Shown one piece after another: positions 49,657 through 59,461 of a stretch of 64,000 bases of DNA. This DNA comes from a candidate division FCPU426 bacterium (GTDB lineage: Bacteria > Oederibacteriota > Muellerivitia > Muellerivitales > Muellerivitaceae), in contig CAWCKJ010000006.1 of assembly GCA_963796105.1 (NCBI GenBank), forward strand, positions 128,001 through 192,000. Reading direction: 5' to 3'. Positions within the stretch are counted from its first letter, which is position 1; each line of letters begins with the position of its first letter. Both the position numbers and the translations under genes were made by a program. The notes below the pieces were generated by a model that worked only from the letters and a program-made list of their open reading frames with translations, made no database searches and had not been told where the DNA came from.

Positions 49657-52284
49657 TTGCGATCCTACAATTTTAAAATCTTTAAAATTTTCGTTCTTCT
49701 CCTCTCGATGGGTTTGGGATGTTCCGATGTCCTGGCTCAAAGTTATACCTGGAACAATGTTGTCATCCTGGGGGGAGGGTACGTGTCCGGGGTGGATTAC
49801 AGCCCCGTGTCCCAGGGACTTCTTTATGCCCGAACTGACATGGGGGGACTCTACCGATGGGATAACTTCCACCAGGTTTGGATACCCCTCACGGACTTTC
49901 TCGGCGATTGGAACCTCTACGGGGGGGAAAGCATCGCCCCGGACCCGGTGAACGCCGATAACGTCTATGCGGCCGTCGGCGAGACTTACAACAACACGGA
50001 TGGATACATCCTCGCCTCCTCCAACCAGGGCGATAGTTGGACCCAGTATTCCATTCCGGTTTTTATCGGCGGGAATAACGACGGGCGCAACGCCGGGGAA
50101 CGTCTGGCCGTTGACCCGAACTCGAACAACATCCTTTATTTCGCCTCCCGGAGCAACGGCCTTTGGAAAAGCACCGACTCCGCGGCCGTTTGGAACCAGG
50201 CCGCCAGTTTCCCCGTGAGCGGGGACGCGGGTTACGGCTTGAGCTGGGTGATTTTCCTTCCGGGGGGGAACCCCTCATCCGGGGCCGAAACCCTTTTCGT
50301 GGGCGCGGAGGCCATGAACTCGGGAAACAGCAACCTCTATTGTTCCGTGAACGCGGGGGTCAGCTGGGCTCTCGTTCCTGGCGGTCCCGTCGATATGGTC
50401 CCCCCTCACGCGTCCCTCGGGACCGACGGGAACCTGTGGATTGCTTATGACGGAGGGGGATACGGCCCCAACGGTGTCACCCGTGGCCAGGTTTGGAAGC
50501 TGAACACCTCCACATTGGCTTGGACCCAGCTCACCCTGCCCGGACCTCCAACCGGGAAGGGGGGATACGGGGGCATTTGCGTTGATCCCGAAAACGCCCA
50601 ACATGTTGTGGTCTCCACTTTGGATTGGTGGAGCGGCCCAGACCATATCTACATGACCTCCAACGGGGGTGTCAGCTGGTCCGTCATCGGCAATATGGAT
50701 TTGGGATGGAACTCGGGACCCTACGAGAATTACGACCCCACCAGCGCCCAGTGGGCCTATTTCTGCGGGTCAAGGGTATCGGGGTTAGGCTGGGAATCCG
50801 ACGTCAAGATCGACCCCTTCAATTCCAACAACGCCGTCTACAACACGGGAGGGGGTGTTTGGGCCAGCGCGAATATTAACGCCTCGGCCGTGACCTGGAC
50901 CTTCACCAACCAGGGCCTGGAGCAAACGGCCCAGACCGACATGACCTCCTCGGCGGCGGGAGGGGTTCTCTTCAGCGCGATGGGGGACATCTCCGGGATG
51001 CGCCACACGAACCTCGGACAATCCCCCTCGGGGGGAATGTACTGTAACCCGGAAATGAGCACCACTGACGCCATTGATTACGCGGAGCTCAACCCCAATA
51101 TCGTGGCCCGGGAGGGACACGGCCTGTCGGTGAGTTCCCAAGCCGGCGGCTATTCCACCAATAATGGGGTGAGTTGGACGCCTTTCGCCACAAATCCCAC
51201 CGGATATTCCACGGGCAATCCCAACGGTGTGATCTCGGTGGCCGCGGATGGGAGCGCGATTCTCTGGGCGGTACCAGGGTATCCACCGGCTTATTCCACC
51301 AACTACGGCGCGAGTTGGACGGGAAGCACGGGCCTGTCCACGGGGGTGACCTACCAGACCGCCTCGGACCGGGTGAACGGGAATATTTTCTACTGCGTTT
51401 CCAAATCGGGAAACACGCTTTACGTGAGCGCCAATGGCGGGGTGAGCTTCTCCGCCGCGGGAACTTACGCGGGGAGATTATCGTCCAACCGGCCCAGGGC
51501 CGTTTTTGGGATCGCCGGGGAAGTCTGGGTGCCGACCCAGAGCGGCCTTTACCGCTTCACGAACGTGGGCCTTGGGCCCGTGACCACCACTCAAATCGCC
51601 AATGTCTCAGGGGCCTCCGCCGTGGGTTTCGGGATCTCGGCCAACGGCGCGCCCCCGGCCTACCACCCGGCCGTCTATTTGGGGGGAACGGTGAATGGGA
51701 CCTATGGTTTCTACCGCAATGACGATGGAACCGGGGCCTCTTGGACCCGGATTAACGACGCCAATCACCAGTACGGCGGGGCTGAATTCGCGGAGGGGGA
51801 CGAAACAGTTTATGGCCGCATGTACATCGGCACCAATGGCCGGGGTATTTTATACGGGGACATCTATATGACACCCACCAGCACCCCGACCCCGACCCCC
51901 ACCCCTTATCCCTGCGGGTATCCCGGAAACACCTGCACCCCGACGCCCACGCACACTTTCACGTCCACCCCCACGCCCACGAAGACTTTTTTACCCCTGC
52001 CGGACTCAAGGCATCCCTTGATCTACCCGAATCCCTTGAGGGACCAAAGCCCCCTGCAAATATTCGTGCCTTTCACCGGCACGGCGGATGTGACGGTCAA
52101 GGTATTTACCACCACCTTTAGGATGATCGGGGAAAAAACGTTCCGGGCTGTCCCGGCTGGTGAAAGCGTGGAGTTGAGCACGAATGACTCGTGGGGCAAA
52201 GCGTTATCCAACGGGCTTTATTACATCGTTGTCACGACGTCCCAGGGGATCAAGTGCCATGGAAAATGGCTCGTCTTGAGATGA
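49657..52284 (+). CDS. Secreted GH74 xyloglucanase-like enzyme with T9SS-like C-terminal domain
   Basis: GGGYVSG, YARTDMGGLYRW and SAMGDISG (catalytic Asp), GERLAVDPN, BNR boxes, YIGTNGRGILYGD. Confidence 0.9.
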   Translation: MRSYNFKIFKIFVLLLSMGLGCSDVLAQSYTWNNVVILGGGYVSGVDYSPVSQGLLYARTDMGGLYRWDNFHQVWIPLTDFLGDWNLYGGESIAPDPVNADNVYAAVGETYNNTDGYILASSNQGDSWTQYSIPVFIGGNNDGRNAGERLAVDPNSNNILYFASRSNGLWKSTDSAAVWNQAASFPVSGDAGYGLSWVIFLPGGNPSSGAETLFVGAEAMNSGNSNLYCSVNAGVSWALVPGGPVDMVPPHASLGTDGNLWIAYDGGGYGPNGVTRGQVWKLNTSTLAWTQLTLPGPPTGKGGYGGICVDPENAQHVVVSTLDWWSGPDHIYMTSNGGVSWSVIGNMDLGWNSGPYENYDPTSAQWAYFCGSRVSGLGWESDVKIDPFNSNNAVYNTGGGVWASANINASAVTWTFTNQGLEQTAQTDMTSSAAGGVLFSAMGDISGMRHTNLGQSPSGGMYCNPEMSTTDAIDYAELNPNIVAREGHGLSVSSQAGGYSTNNGVSWTPFATNPTGYSTGNPNGVISVAADGSAILWAVPGYPPAYSTNYGASWTGSTGLSTGVTYQTASDRVNGNIFYCVSKSGNTLYVSANGGVSFSAAGTYAGRLSSNRPRAVFGIAGEVWVPTQSGLYRFTNVGLGPVTTTQIANVSGASAVGFGISANGAPPAYHPAVYLGGTVNGTYGFYRNDDGTGASWTRINDANHQYGGAEFAEGDETVYGRMYIGTNGRGILYGDIYMTPTSTPTPTPTPYPCGYPGNTCTPTPTHTFTSTPTPTKTFLPLPDSRHPLIYPNPLRDQSPLQIFVPFTGTADVTVKVFTTTFRMIGEKTFRAVPAGESVELSTNDSWGKALSNGLYYIVVTTSQGIKCHGKWLVLR

Positions 52285-52404
52285 GAAATCCTAGGCTCTG
52301 ACCATCCTGCCTCCCGCGATCCCTTATTTATTTTCCAAACCCTGCCAAATAAAAGCCGGTATGATGGTATTGATTCCCCCACTATTCTTAATGGAGAAAT
52401 ATGA

Positions 52405-53142
52405 ATGAGCACACCCCTCTGGAATAAAAAAACGAAATGCCCATTTTGCCGCGCGGAATTCGAGACCACCCGAATGCGCGCCTCGGTCATCAAGATCAAG
52501 GAGAAGGAAACGGATTTCGGGAATATTTACGAGGATGAATGCGCCTATTTGTACGCCATCACCGCCTGCCCGAATTGCACCTACGCCGCCCGCAACGAGG
52601 AGTTCGAGAAAGTCCGGGTGGAGTACGAGCCGAAGATCATGGAAGCCACCAAAAAGATCAGGAGTTCCGGAAAGAAAAAACCGGATATTTTCCAGCTGGG
52701 TTCCAGTACCCCAGCGGTGGCGGCCGTCCGCCACGAACTGGCCATCGCCTTTTTAAAAAGGCGGAATTTCCTGGACCGGGGCGCAATGGCCGGCCTTTGC
52801 ATGCACCTGGTCTGGATTTACCGCCTGGCCAAGGACCGTGAAAAGGAGATGGCCGCCATGGCCGAGGCCGCCAAGGCTTACCAGGATTTCCATGAGAACG
52901 GGGGAGACCTGCCGGAGAAACTCGGGGAGCCGGGAATCCTTTACCTGATCGGGGAATTGAACCGCCGCCGGGGCTTGTTCAAGGAAGCCAGGCGCTTTTT
53001 CGAGAGGGCCCTGGCCAGCAGGGATATCCGCAATTACCCCCGCATCGCCAACATGATCCGCGACATGATGCTGATCGCCAAGCGCCAGATGGAAAATGAG
53101 GCCATGGCGGCCTCCGAGGCTGAAATGGAAGGGACCGCGTAA
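52405..53142 (+). CDS. DUF2225-like Zn-binding / TPR protein
   Basis: CPFC..F, CPNCTYA, WIYR and YLIGELNRR.G. Confidence 0.75.
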   Translation: MSTPLWNKKTKCPFCRAEFETTRMRASVIKIKEKETDFGNIYEDECAYLYAITACPNCTYAARNEEFEKVRVEYEPKIMEATKKIRSSGKKKPDIFQLGSSTPAVAAVRHELAIAFLKRRNFLDRGAMAGLCMHLVWIYRLAKDREKEMAAMAEAAKAYQDFHENGGDLPEKLGEPGILYLIGELNRRRGLFKEARRFFERALASRDIRNYPRIANMIRDMMLIAKRQMENEAMAASEAEMEGTA

Positions 53143-53169
53143 TCCGGCGGTCGGAAAACCGCGGGTAAA

Positions 53170-53634
53170 ATGAACTCATCGTCAGTTGAAAAAATCATTT
53201 CCGGGGGACAAACCGGCGCGGACCGGGAGTCGCTGGATTGGGCTATCCTTCACAATATTCCGCATGGGGGATGGTGTCCCAAGGGACGAAAGGCGGAGGA
53301 TGGAAGGATTCCGAACAAGTACCTGCTCCAGGAAACCCCCTCGGCTGATTACGCGGAAAGAACCGAAAGGAATACGCGGGATTCGGATGCCACGATCATC
53401 CTGACTGTTTTTCCGGTCTTGACGGGCGGGTCGCTCCTGACTGCCAGGCTCGCTTCCGAACACTTCAAGCCCTGGATTCAACTATCCTGGGGAGGGGACA
53501 GCCTTCGATTGTTCCGGGAATTTTTAGCCTTCCACCAGCCCAAAATCCTGAATGTGGCGGGACCCAGGTTGAGCCAGGCGCCGGAGATCGGAAGATGGGT
53601 TCGCTTAGCCCTGGACCACGGCCTGGGAAGATAA
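53170..53634 (+). CDS. Putative molybdenum-carrier (SLOG family) protein
   Basis: KIISGGQTGADR, GGWCPKGR.AEDG and LNVAGPR.S. Confidence 0.85.
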   Translation: MNSSSVEKIISGGQTGADRESLDWAILHNIPHGGWCPKGRKAEDGRIPNKYLLQETPSADYAERTERNTRDSDATIILTVFPVLTGGSLLTARLASEHFKPWIQLSWGGDSLRLFREFLAFHQPKILNVAGPRLSQAPEIGRWVRLALDHGLGR

Positions 53635-53932
53635 ATTTTTATGCATAAATACAAAGCATCTGTGGTCTATTGATTTTTTTAATCTTCCCCCTCTGAAAGA
53701 GGGGGATAGAGGGGAAGTTAGCCTCTGGGTGTTACTCAACAAAAGCTAATACTCCCCGCCCAAAGGCGCTCATAGGGAAAACCCCCTATGGTACCCTCAA
53801 ACCGCAAGGCCCCTTTTTCAAAGGGGGGATATCTTTGTAAACATCGAATCGGATAAGTACTTGCCGAACCTGATTAAATCCCATGTATCCCATGCATCTG
53901 TGGCTAAAGTCTATTTTAGACTGGTGTGACTT

Positions 53933-54625
53933 TTATTGAAGCATTCCCCTGAAGGGGTCCACGTGGGCCGTGTCCAGCATGATCTTGAAACCAACCCTAA
54001 TGGAATAGACCTTGGTCAAACCCTGCCAAAAAATGAAATGATCCATGCCTTCCGCGTAGAGGAACCATTGTTTCCTGTCCCAAAGGGGAAAGTCCATCCC
54101 CACTCCCACATTGGCTGATAACAACACGTCCAGGGGATTTCCGTAAAAATTGCCTTTGTCCGGCTTGGGGTATGGGTCCACCACCATATCCATCCCGATC
54201 CCGCCGACCAGGTAAGGGGCGGTGTTGAAGTGATGGCGGTTGAAATCATATTTGTCGTTTAAATACCACCGCGCGTTCACGGTGAGGGCGAAGTCATCGG
54301 TGGGCTGGACTTGGATGATAGTGACGGGATTGGGGTTGGAATTGAGGTTGAGGTTAATGTCGTGGTTGGGCATGGTGATGACCTGGCTCGGCATGGAGTT
54401 GTAATCGAAACCCCACAAGCCGTCCCAGCGGTTGGAGAGGCCGATCCCGAACCAAAGCCCGCCCTCGGGATAGGGAATTCCATTTCCCAGGAACCCGGTG
54501 CATTCACTTCCGCCCAGCTGGCCCAAGAGGCTGAAGTTGGGGATTTCCAGATCCTCCGAGGCTCCCGCGGACCGCGAAACGGCGAATAGCAATATAAAGA
54601 GGACAGGTAAAAGGAAATTTTTCAT
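53933..54625 (-). CDS. Putative outer-membrane beta-barrel protein
   Basis: Signal peptide; amphipathic strands PYLVGGIG, ANVGVGMDF and SIRVGFKI. Confidence 0.6.
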   Translation of the reverse strand: MKNFLLPVLFILLFAVSRSAGASEDLEIPNFSLLGQLGGSECTGFLGNGIPYPEGGLWFGIGLSNRWDGLWGFDYNSMPSQVITMPNHDINLNLNSNPNPVTIIQVQPTDDFALTVNARWYLNDKYDFNRHHFNTAPYLVGGIGMDMVVDPYPKPDKGNFYGNPLDVLLSANVGVGMDFPLWDRKQWFLYAEGMDHFIFWQGLTKVYSIRVGFKIMLDTAHVDPFRGMLQ

Positions 54626-55273
54626 GGGTTTATTTTACGTTGAAAGACGTTTTTTTGCAGGATAAAGGACCGATGCCTGTGAAGAAGGCATTAAGCATGG
54701 ATAAATTCTTATGTCTTTCGCTTGATTGAAGACTTGGAAAACAACCCATAGCTGCCCAAATAAAACAAAATCAATGGAACAAAGATAATCAAAATCAAGT
54801 TTTTGGCCACAGATTCAGGGGATGTGCTGATTCAACCCTGAAGCATTTAAGGAAATCGGCACTATACCGAACTTTCATTGAAGGCTTTAATGAGGTTCGG
54901 CATGCAGGGGGATGAATACAAATGAACAATTCAAAAATGTCTCAGATCATGACAAGAGCATGGCTCTTGCGCCCGATGGGCGTTATGGTCAAGCCTACAG
55001 ACCGTGGAAAAATTAATTTTTCCATCGGCTGTCAGCTTAACCATAGAACATGATCAAAATGCGTTTTAATTCCCATGAATCCCATGCATGCCGGCCTTCC
55101 TATAAGTAATCAAAGAGGAAATGGCTTTGCCATTTCAGGGGGTATCGTACCAATCACCCTATAAGCTTTATGGTAGATTGGCACATCCGTGGCTAGAAAT
55201 TATTTTGGAGAGGTGTAACAATAAACATTATGTTTGCCTGGAATCCGGGAATCCATGGGTCAAGGAGCTGGTG

Positions 55274-56254
55274 ATGAAAAAAGTAATGTTGGGACGCCAA
55301 GGTTTGAAAGTCTCCCGGCTGGGGCTGGGATGCATGGGGATGTCCGATTTTTACTCCGGGAGGGATGAAAAGGAATCTATCGCCACCGTTCACCGGGCTT
55401 TGGAACTGGGGGTGGATTTCCTCGATACGGCCGACATGTACGGGCCTTTTACCAACGAGGAATTGGTGGGGAAGGCCATCGCGGGCAAAAGGAACCAGGT
55501 GGTTTTGGCCACCAAGTTCGGGAACCAGCGCTCCCCTGAGGGGAAATTCCTGGGGGTCTGCGGGAAGCCCGAGTACGTGTTCCAATGTTGTGACGCCTCC
55601 CTCAAGCGCCTTCGCGTTGACACCATCGACTTGTATTACCAGCATCGGGTGGACAATACCGTCCCCATCGAGGAAACCGTGGGCGCCATGGCCCAATTGG
55701 TCAAGCAGGGGAAGGTCAAGTACCTGGGGCTCTCGGAAGCCGCCCCCGCCACGATCCACAGGGCCCACAAGGTCCATCCTATTTCCGCCCTCCAGACTGA
55801 ATATTCCCTTTGGAGCAGGGACCCGGAAGTGGAAATATTAAAAACCATCCGGGAGTTGGGGATCGGGTTCGTTCCTTACAGCCCCCTGGGCAGGGGATTC
55901 CTCACGGGGTCTTTCAAGAAATTAGAGGACTTGCCGGAGGATGATTGGAGGCGGTTCCACCCCCGTTTCCAGGGAGAGAACTTCGCGAAGAATTTGGAGC
56001 TGGTAAAGGAGGCCCAAAAGCTGGCTTCTGAGAAGGGATGCGCCCCGTCCCAATTGGCCTTGGCCTGGGTCTTGGCCCAAGGGGAAGACATCGCGCCCAT
56101 ACCTGGGACCAAGAAAAGAAACCGCCTGGAGGAAAACCTGGGAGCCTTGGAGGTGGTCTTGACCCCCGCCGATTTGAGCCGGCTGGACAAGGCCTTCCCC
56201 AGGGGAGCGACGTCCGGAGCGAGATATGCCGACATGAGCACGGTCAACCGTTGA
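55274..56254 (+). CDS. Aldo/keto reductase
   Basis: [47 protein letters not shown] before 55271/55274. Confidence 0.93.
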   Translation: MKKVMLGRQGLKVSRLGLGCMGMSDFYSGRDEKESIATVHRALELGVDFLDTADMYGPFTNEELVGKAIAGKRNQVVLATKFGNQRSPEGKFLGVCGKPEYVFQCCDASLKRLRVDTIDLYYQHRVDNTVPIEETVGAMAQLVKQGKVKYLGLSEAAPATIHRAHKVHPISALQTEYSLWSRDPEVEILKTIRELGIGFVPYSPLGRGFLTGSFKKLEDLPEDDWRRFHPRFQGENFAKNLELVKEAQKLASEKGCAPSQLALAWVLAQGEDIAPIPGTKKRNRLEENLGALEVVLTPADLSRLDKAFPRGATSGARYADMSTVNR

Positions 56255-56399
56255 GGATGGCAGTTGACTTGTTTGGCGGACGAGGCGCGCAGGCAAAACC
56301 GGAAGGGAACCGCTGAAACTTTCACGGAGTAATGCTCATTCCAACATGGATTTGTCCAATCAGGATCCCCATCATGGACAAGTTTCAATCATCCAGAAG

Positions 56400-57248
56400 T
56401 TAATTTGAATCAAAGTCCGTTTTGTTCACCAACTTCCCCGTTTGAACGTCGATCACCGAAAACCAGTGGCGTGTCAAAACTAAAAAAGCTTTTTCACTCA
56501 ACCAAAACCCATGAAGCCAAAAATAGCCATTTGGTGGCTCCTCAAAATGGAACGCGGAAACGTTGTCAACCAAAAGGTCGAAATCCTTATTGGGACCTGC
56601 CAGCCGGAAAGAGGCGTTATGCTTCCCGGAAGGGGACGGTTTTAATTTTAAATAATCATTGCGTTCTTCGGCCTGGGAAGACGCGAAAGTCTCAAATTCA
56701 GATTGGGTCATAAGACGGTATTCATTCATCTTAAAGTCAAAACAATAATTACCTTCGTTTTTTAGGGTTTCAGTTACGGTTGGGTCTGGGGTCGGTATAG
56801 GCCGGGGCAGCAAATCACCCTCCGGCTTCAAACGGCTACCGATGAAAAAAGAAAATTTCGTGTCCTCGGGGTTCCAAATACGGTTTCGATCCCCGTTAAA
56901 GAACATGTAGTAATATTCCCGGGACCCGAATGGACACTGAAATATCTTTTTTTGAATTCCATCATCAACGCCATAAAGCCATATGGAATTATCCCACCGC
57001 GTTATGATGATTCGCTTTTGGTCGTTTGAGAGTGCGAAATCCCCTATTCGCGCAAATTGACTTTCATCAAACTTAACTTTTTTGGTTATGACGGCACCCG
57101 ATGGATAAATTTTGTAGAGATCCATGGAATACTTATAATCCGAATGGATCAAAAGCTTATAACTTTCAGTGGGCACCCCGATTGATAAAACGGGAATAAA
57201 TAACAAGGTTAAAAGATAAATATACTTTTTAATTTTACGCCTCCCCAT
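56400..57248 (-). CDS. Exported hypothetical protein, possibly TolB-like beta-propeller
   Basis: Basic then hydrophobic N-terminus; LSNDQKRI, WNPEDTKF and PSPSGK blade-like motifs. Confidence 0.55.
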   Translation of the reverse strand: MGRRKIKKYIYLLTLLFIPVLSIGVPTESYKLLIHSDYKYSMDLYKIYPSGAVITKKVKFDESQFARIGDFALSNDQKRIIITRWDNSIWLYGVDDGIQKKIFQCPFGSREYYYMFFNGDRNRIWNPEDTKFSFFIGSRLKPEGDLLPRPIPTPDPTVTETLKNEGNYCFDFKMNEYRLMTQSEFETFASSQAEERNDYLKLKPSPSGKHNASFRLAGPNKDFDLLVDNVSAFHFEEPPNGYFWLHGFWLSEKAFLVLTRHWFSVIDVQTGKLVNKTDFDSN

Positions 57249-57344
57249 CGTAGACGAGCCATTTAATTCAAAACTTAAAATTCAAAATTCATAATTGGTT
57301 TACTACCCTCCCCGTCAGTGGACAATATCTTCTGACCTTAAATT

Positions 57345-57572
57345 TTAGACAATGACTTTTTTTACCGTATCCGTTTTTAAAATCACTTCTCCAGCTTCGT
57401 TTTTAATTGAAAAGTTATAGCCGAATTTGGCGCCGTCGGCGCTTTTGCCTCTGATAACATCCCCCACTTTATAACGACCGGCGGGATTGGCGACACGGGT
57501 GACCGTAGCCGCCACGTGGACCGGGTCAAATTCCAATGTGATCATTGGGGTTTCGATAATCATAATAGCCAC
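57345..57572 (-). CDS. Small hypothetical protein (75 aa)
   Basis: Single ORF filling the space between two repeat sites. Confidence 0.55.
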   Translation of the reverse strand: MAIMIIETPMITLEFDPVHVAATVTRVANPAGRYKVGDVIRGKSADGAKFGYNFSIKNEAGEVILKTDTVKKVIV

Positions 57573-57749
57573 CTTATTCAGGTCTCCAAGTTATCAAGCT
57601 ATTCCTCATTTTTCATTGTCCACTCCCACTGCGTCACGCTGCGGAGCGTGGCGCTCCCCATCGTGGACAACTATTATCAATGTGGAACGAGGATCTCCCC
57701 GTCGTGGACAAAAAATGACCTCAATTTTGAAGGGAGTTATGGCTCCTTT

Positions 57750-58115
57750 TTAATGTGCCGTGCGGATTTTAACGCCTAATGAGCGGCTGACGGCCCACAA
57801 CGCCTTATCCCGGGTCCAAAATTCAGATTGATCCGAGGAACAGGAAAATAATAAATGAGCGTCCACCCAATTGATGCCTTTGCCGTAAAGGCGGTGCTTC
57901 TCAACCCAGTCCATGACTTCCGGATTTAAAGCGGGAAACACGCGGGGCAGTAATTGGAGGTCGTGCAGGATTTGGCTTCTGTTTTTAAAATGTCCCAGGG
58001 CCAATTCGCCAATGATAAAAGGGTGGGTAAGGGCCTCGTCCTTTTCCAAAAGGGAAATGAGAAACGCGTCCGGGGAATGGAGGTGGTCGATCCACACTGA
58101 AGTATCGACAAGCAT
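57750..58115 (-). CDS. vapC: VapC PIN-domain toxin
   Basis: LVDTSVWIDH, HPFIIGELALG, VDAHLL and WTRDKAL. Confidence 0.9.
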   Translation of the reverse strand: MLVDTSVWIDHLHSPDAFLISLLEKDEALTHPFIIGELALGHFKNRSQILHDLQLLPRVFPALNPEVMDWVEKHRLYGKGINWVDAHLLFSCSSDQSEFWTRDKALWAVSRSLGVKIRTAH

Positions 58116-58315
58116 TACGCTTTAACGGCTCGCCGCCTGCGGGGAGGCGCGGAAGCGCGGGGATCGGTTCCGCCCATGGCCGCAAGCCGCTTGGCGGCTT
58201 CCCGGCGGATGAGGGATTCAAGACCCATGCGGACCAGGGAGGTCTTTTCGGCCACGCCCGTCATTTGACCGGCTTCTTTTAATAGATGGTCATCGATGTT
58301 CAATGTTGTTCTCAT
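58115..58315 (-). CDS. vapB: VapB antitoxin
   Basis: MRTTLNIDDHLLKEA..TG..EKTSLVR.GL; promoter TTGACA(58351-58346)-17-CATATT just upstream. Confidence 0.88.
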   Translation of the reverse strand: MRTTLNIDDHLLKEAGQMTGVAEKTSLVRMGLESLIRREAAKRLAAMGGTDPRASAPPRRRRAVKA

Positions 58316-58454
58316 ATGCATCAATATGCAATTTTGATATGCATGTGTCAAGGGCCGATTTCGGGGATCTTAAAAGCGATCAATGGGGACTGACCCGGGA
58401 AAAGGCCTCTCAAATGCCGGAAGGGGAATTTTTGGCAATAGAGGCTTGCTGTAG

Positions 58455-58572
58455 CGGGCCACGATTCAGGGGTACCCCGTAGCGTGTTGCCGGACTTGCC
58501 CTGTAGCGTATCGCGAAACGATTCTGCTAACAGGGAGGCAATCCCGCAACTGGGGTCCCCGTCATGGACAAG
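58455..58572. repeat. 118-bp non-coding repeat, second copy at 61821-61938
   Basis: CGGGCCAC..TTCAGGGGTA.CCCGTAGCGTGTTGCC..CTTGCCCTGTAGCGTATCGCGAAACGATTCTGCTAAC.GGGAGGCAA; both copies end in the array motif. Confidence 0.92.
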
Positions 58573-58761
58573 CCTTTCACATGATTTTACCCTTTTGATT
58601 AAAAAAGACGAGAACACCCGCCGCGAACCCTCAAGCCTCTGTGCTGAGGCTTCAAGCCGAACCCTATGGTTTGAGTTAGTTGGAGCCCCCTTCAAAAAGG
58701 CCATAGGCCGGAGAAAAGTGGTGCGCTTGACCGAATGTCTCATTTGTGAGACTATAATCAA

Positions 58762-59079
58762 GTGATATCACCGCTGCCACAATGCGTGAAAGAGATCGCG
58801 GAATTCCCCCAAGAGGTACGGGAAGATCTCGCTGACGCTTTAGCGCGTTTGGATGAAGGTCACACGCTTTCCATGCCCTTATCCCGGCCGATGCCTTCAA
58901 TTGGAAAGGGTGTTCATGAATTAAGATTCAGGGATCGCGCGGGAATTTACCGGGTGATCTATGTTTTGGTTGGCGCAGGAATAATTTATTTGGTTCATGC
59001 TTTTGCGAAAAAAGACAAGAAGACGCCGATGCCGAATATTGATTTGGCGAAAAAACGCTTGAGGGAAGTGAAAAGATGA
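58762..59079 (+). CDS. RelE/ParE (HigB/Gp49-like) toxin
   Basis: GVHELRFRDRAGIYRVIY and VHAFAKKDKKTP..IDLAKKRL. Confidence 0.88.
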   Translation: MISPLPQCVKEIAEFPQEVREDLADALARLDEGHTLSMPLSRPMPSIGKGVHELRFRDRAGIYRVIYVLVGAGIIYLVHAFAKKDKKTPMPNIDLAKKRLREVKR

Positions 59080-59363
59080 AACATAAAAGTACGGCGGTTG
59101 AAATTGCGAAATTGGCGGGTATTTCTCCAGCGAGAGGAATGGAAGCTATTATCAAAGCACAACTGATAACAGCTGTTTTGCAAGCCATTCAAGTTAAGAA
59201 AATAACTCATCTGGAACTCGCGAAGCGCGCAAAGCTCCCGAGGAGCGCCGTGACGGGTATTCTTTCGGGCAGTTTACGGAAGGTAACCATTGATCGGGTT
59301 CTAAGGCTTATTGAAGCGGTGGGTCTTATCGCGGAGATACGAATTAGGAAATATGCCGCTTAA
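59076..59363 (+). CDS. XRE HTH antitoxin (HigA-like)
   Basis: ITHLELAKRAKLPRSAVTGILSG helix-turn-helix; 4-nt overlap with the toxin. Confidence 0.85.
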   Translation: MKHKSTAVEIAKLAGISPARGMEAIIKAQLITAVLQAIQVKKITHLELAKRAKLPRSAVTGILSGSLRKVTIDRVLRLIEAVGLIAEIRIRKYAA

Positions 59364-59461
59364 AGAAAGTTCCGGGGAAACATTTTCAAATAAGATAGTC
59401 AGTACTACTGACTGTTCACGCTGGGTCCCCGTCGTGGACAAAAATTTCTAACATTGGTCTT

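Noticed and set aside
53685..53830. Hairpin-rich intergenic region as a riboswitch
   Set aside because: It lies between convergent gene ends and matches no aptamer consensus I recognise; terminator or REP-like hairpins are more likely.
58348..58761. 137-aa ORF and other ORFs sharing a VHDGD/E peptide (55876-56388, 60660-60842)
   Set aside because: The shared peptide is just the translated DNA repeat; no RBS or family motif supports these ORFs.
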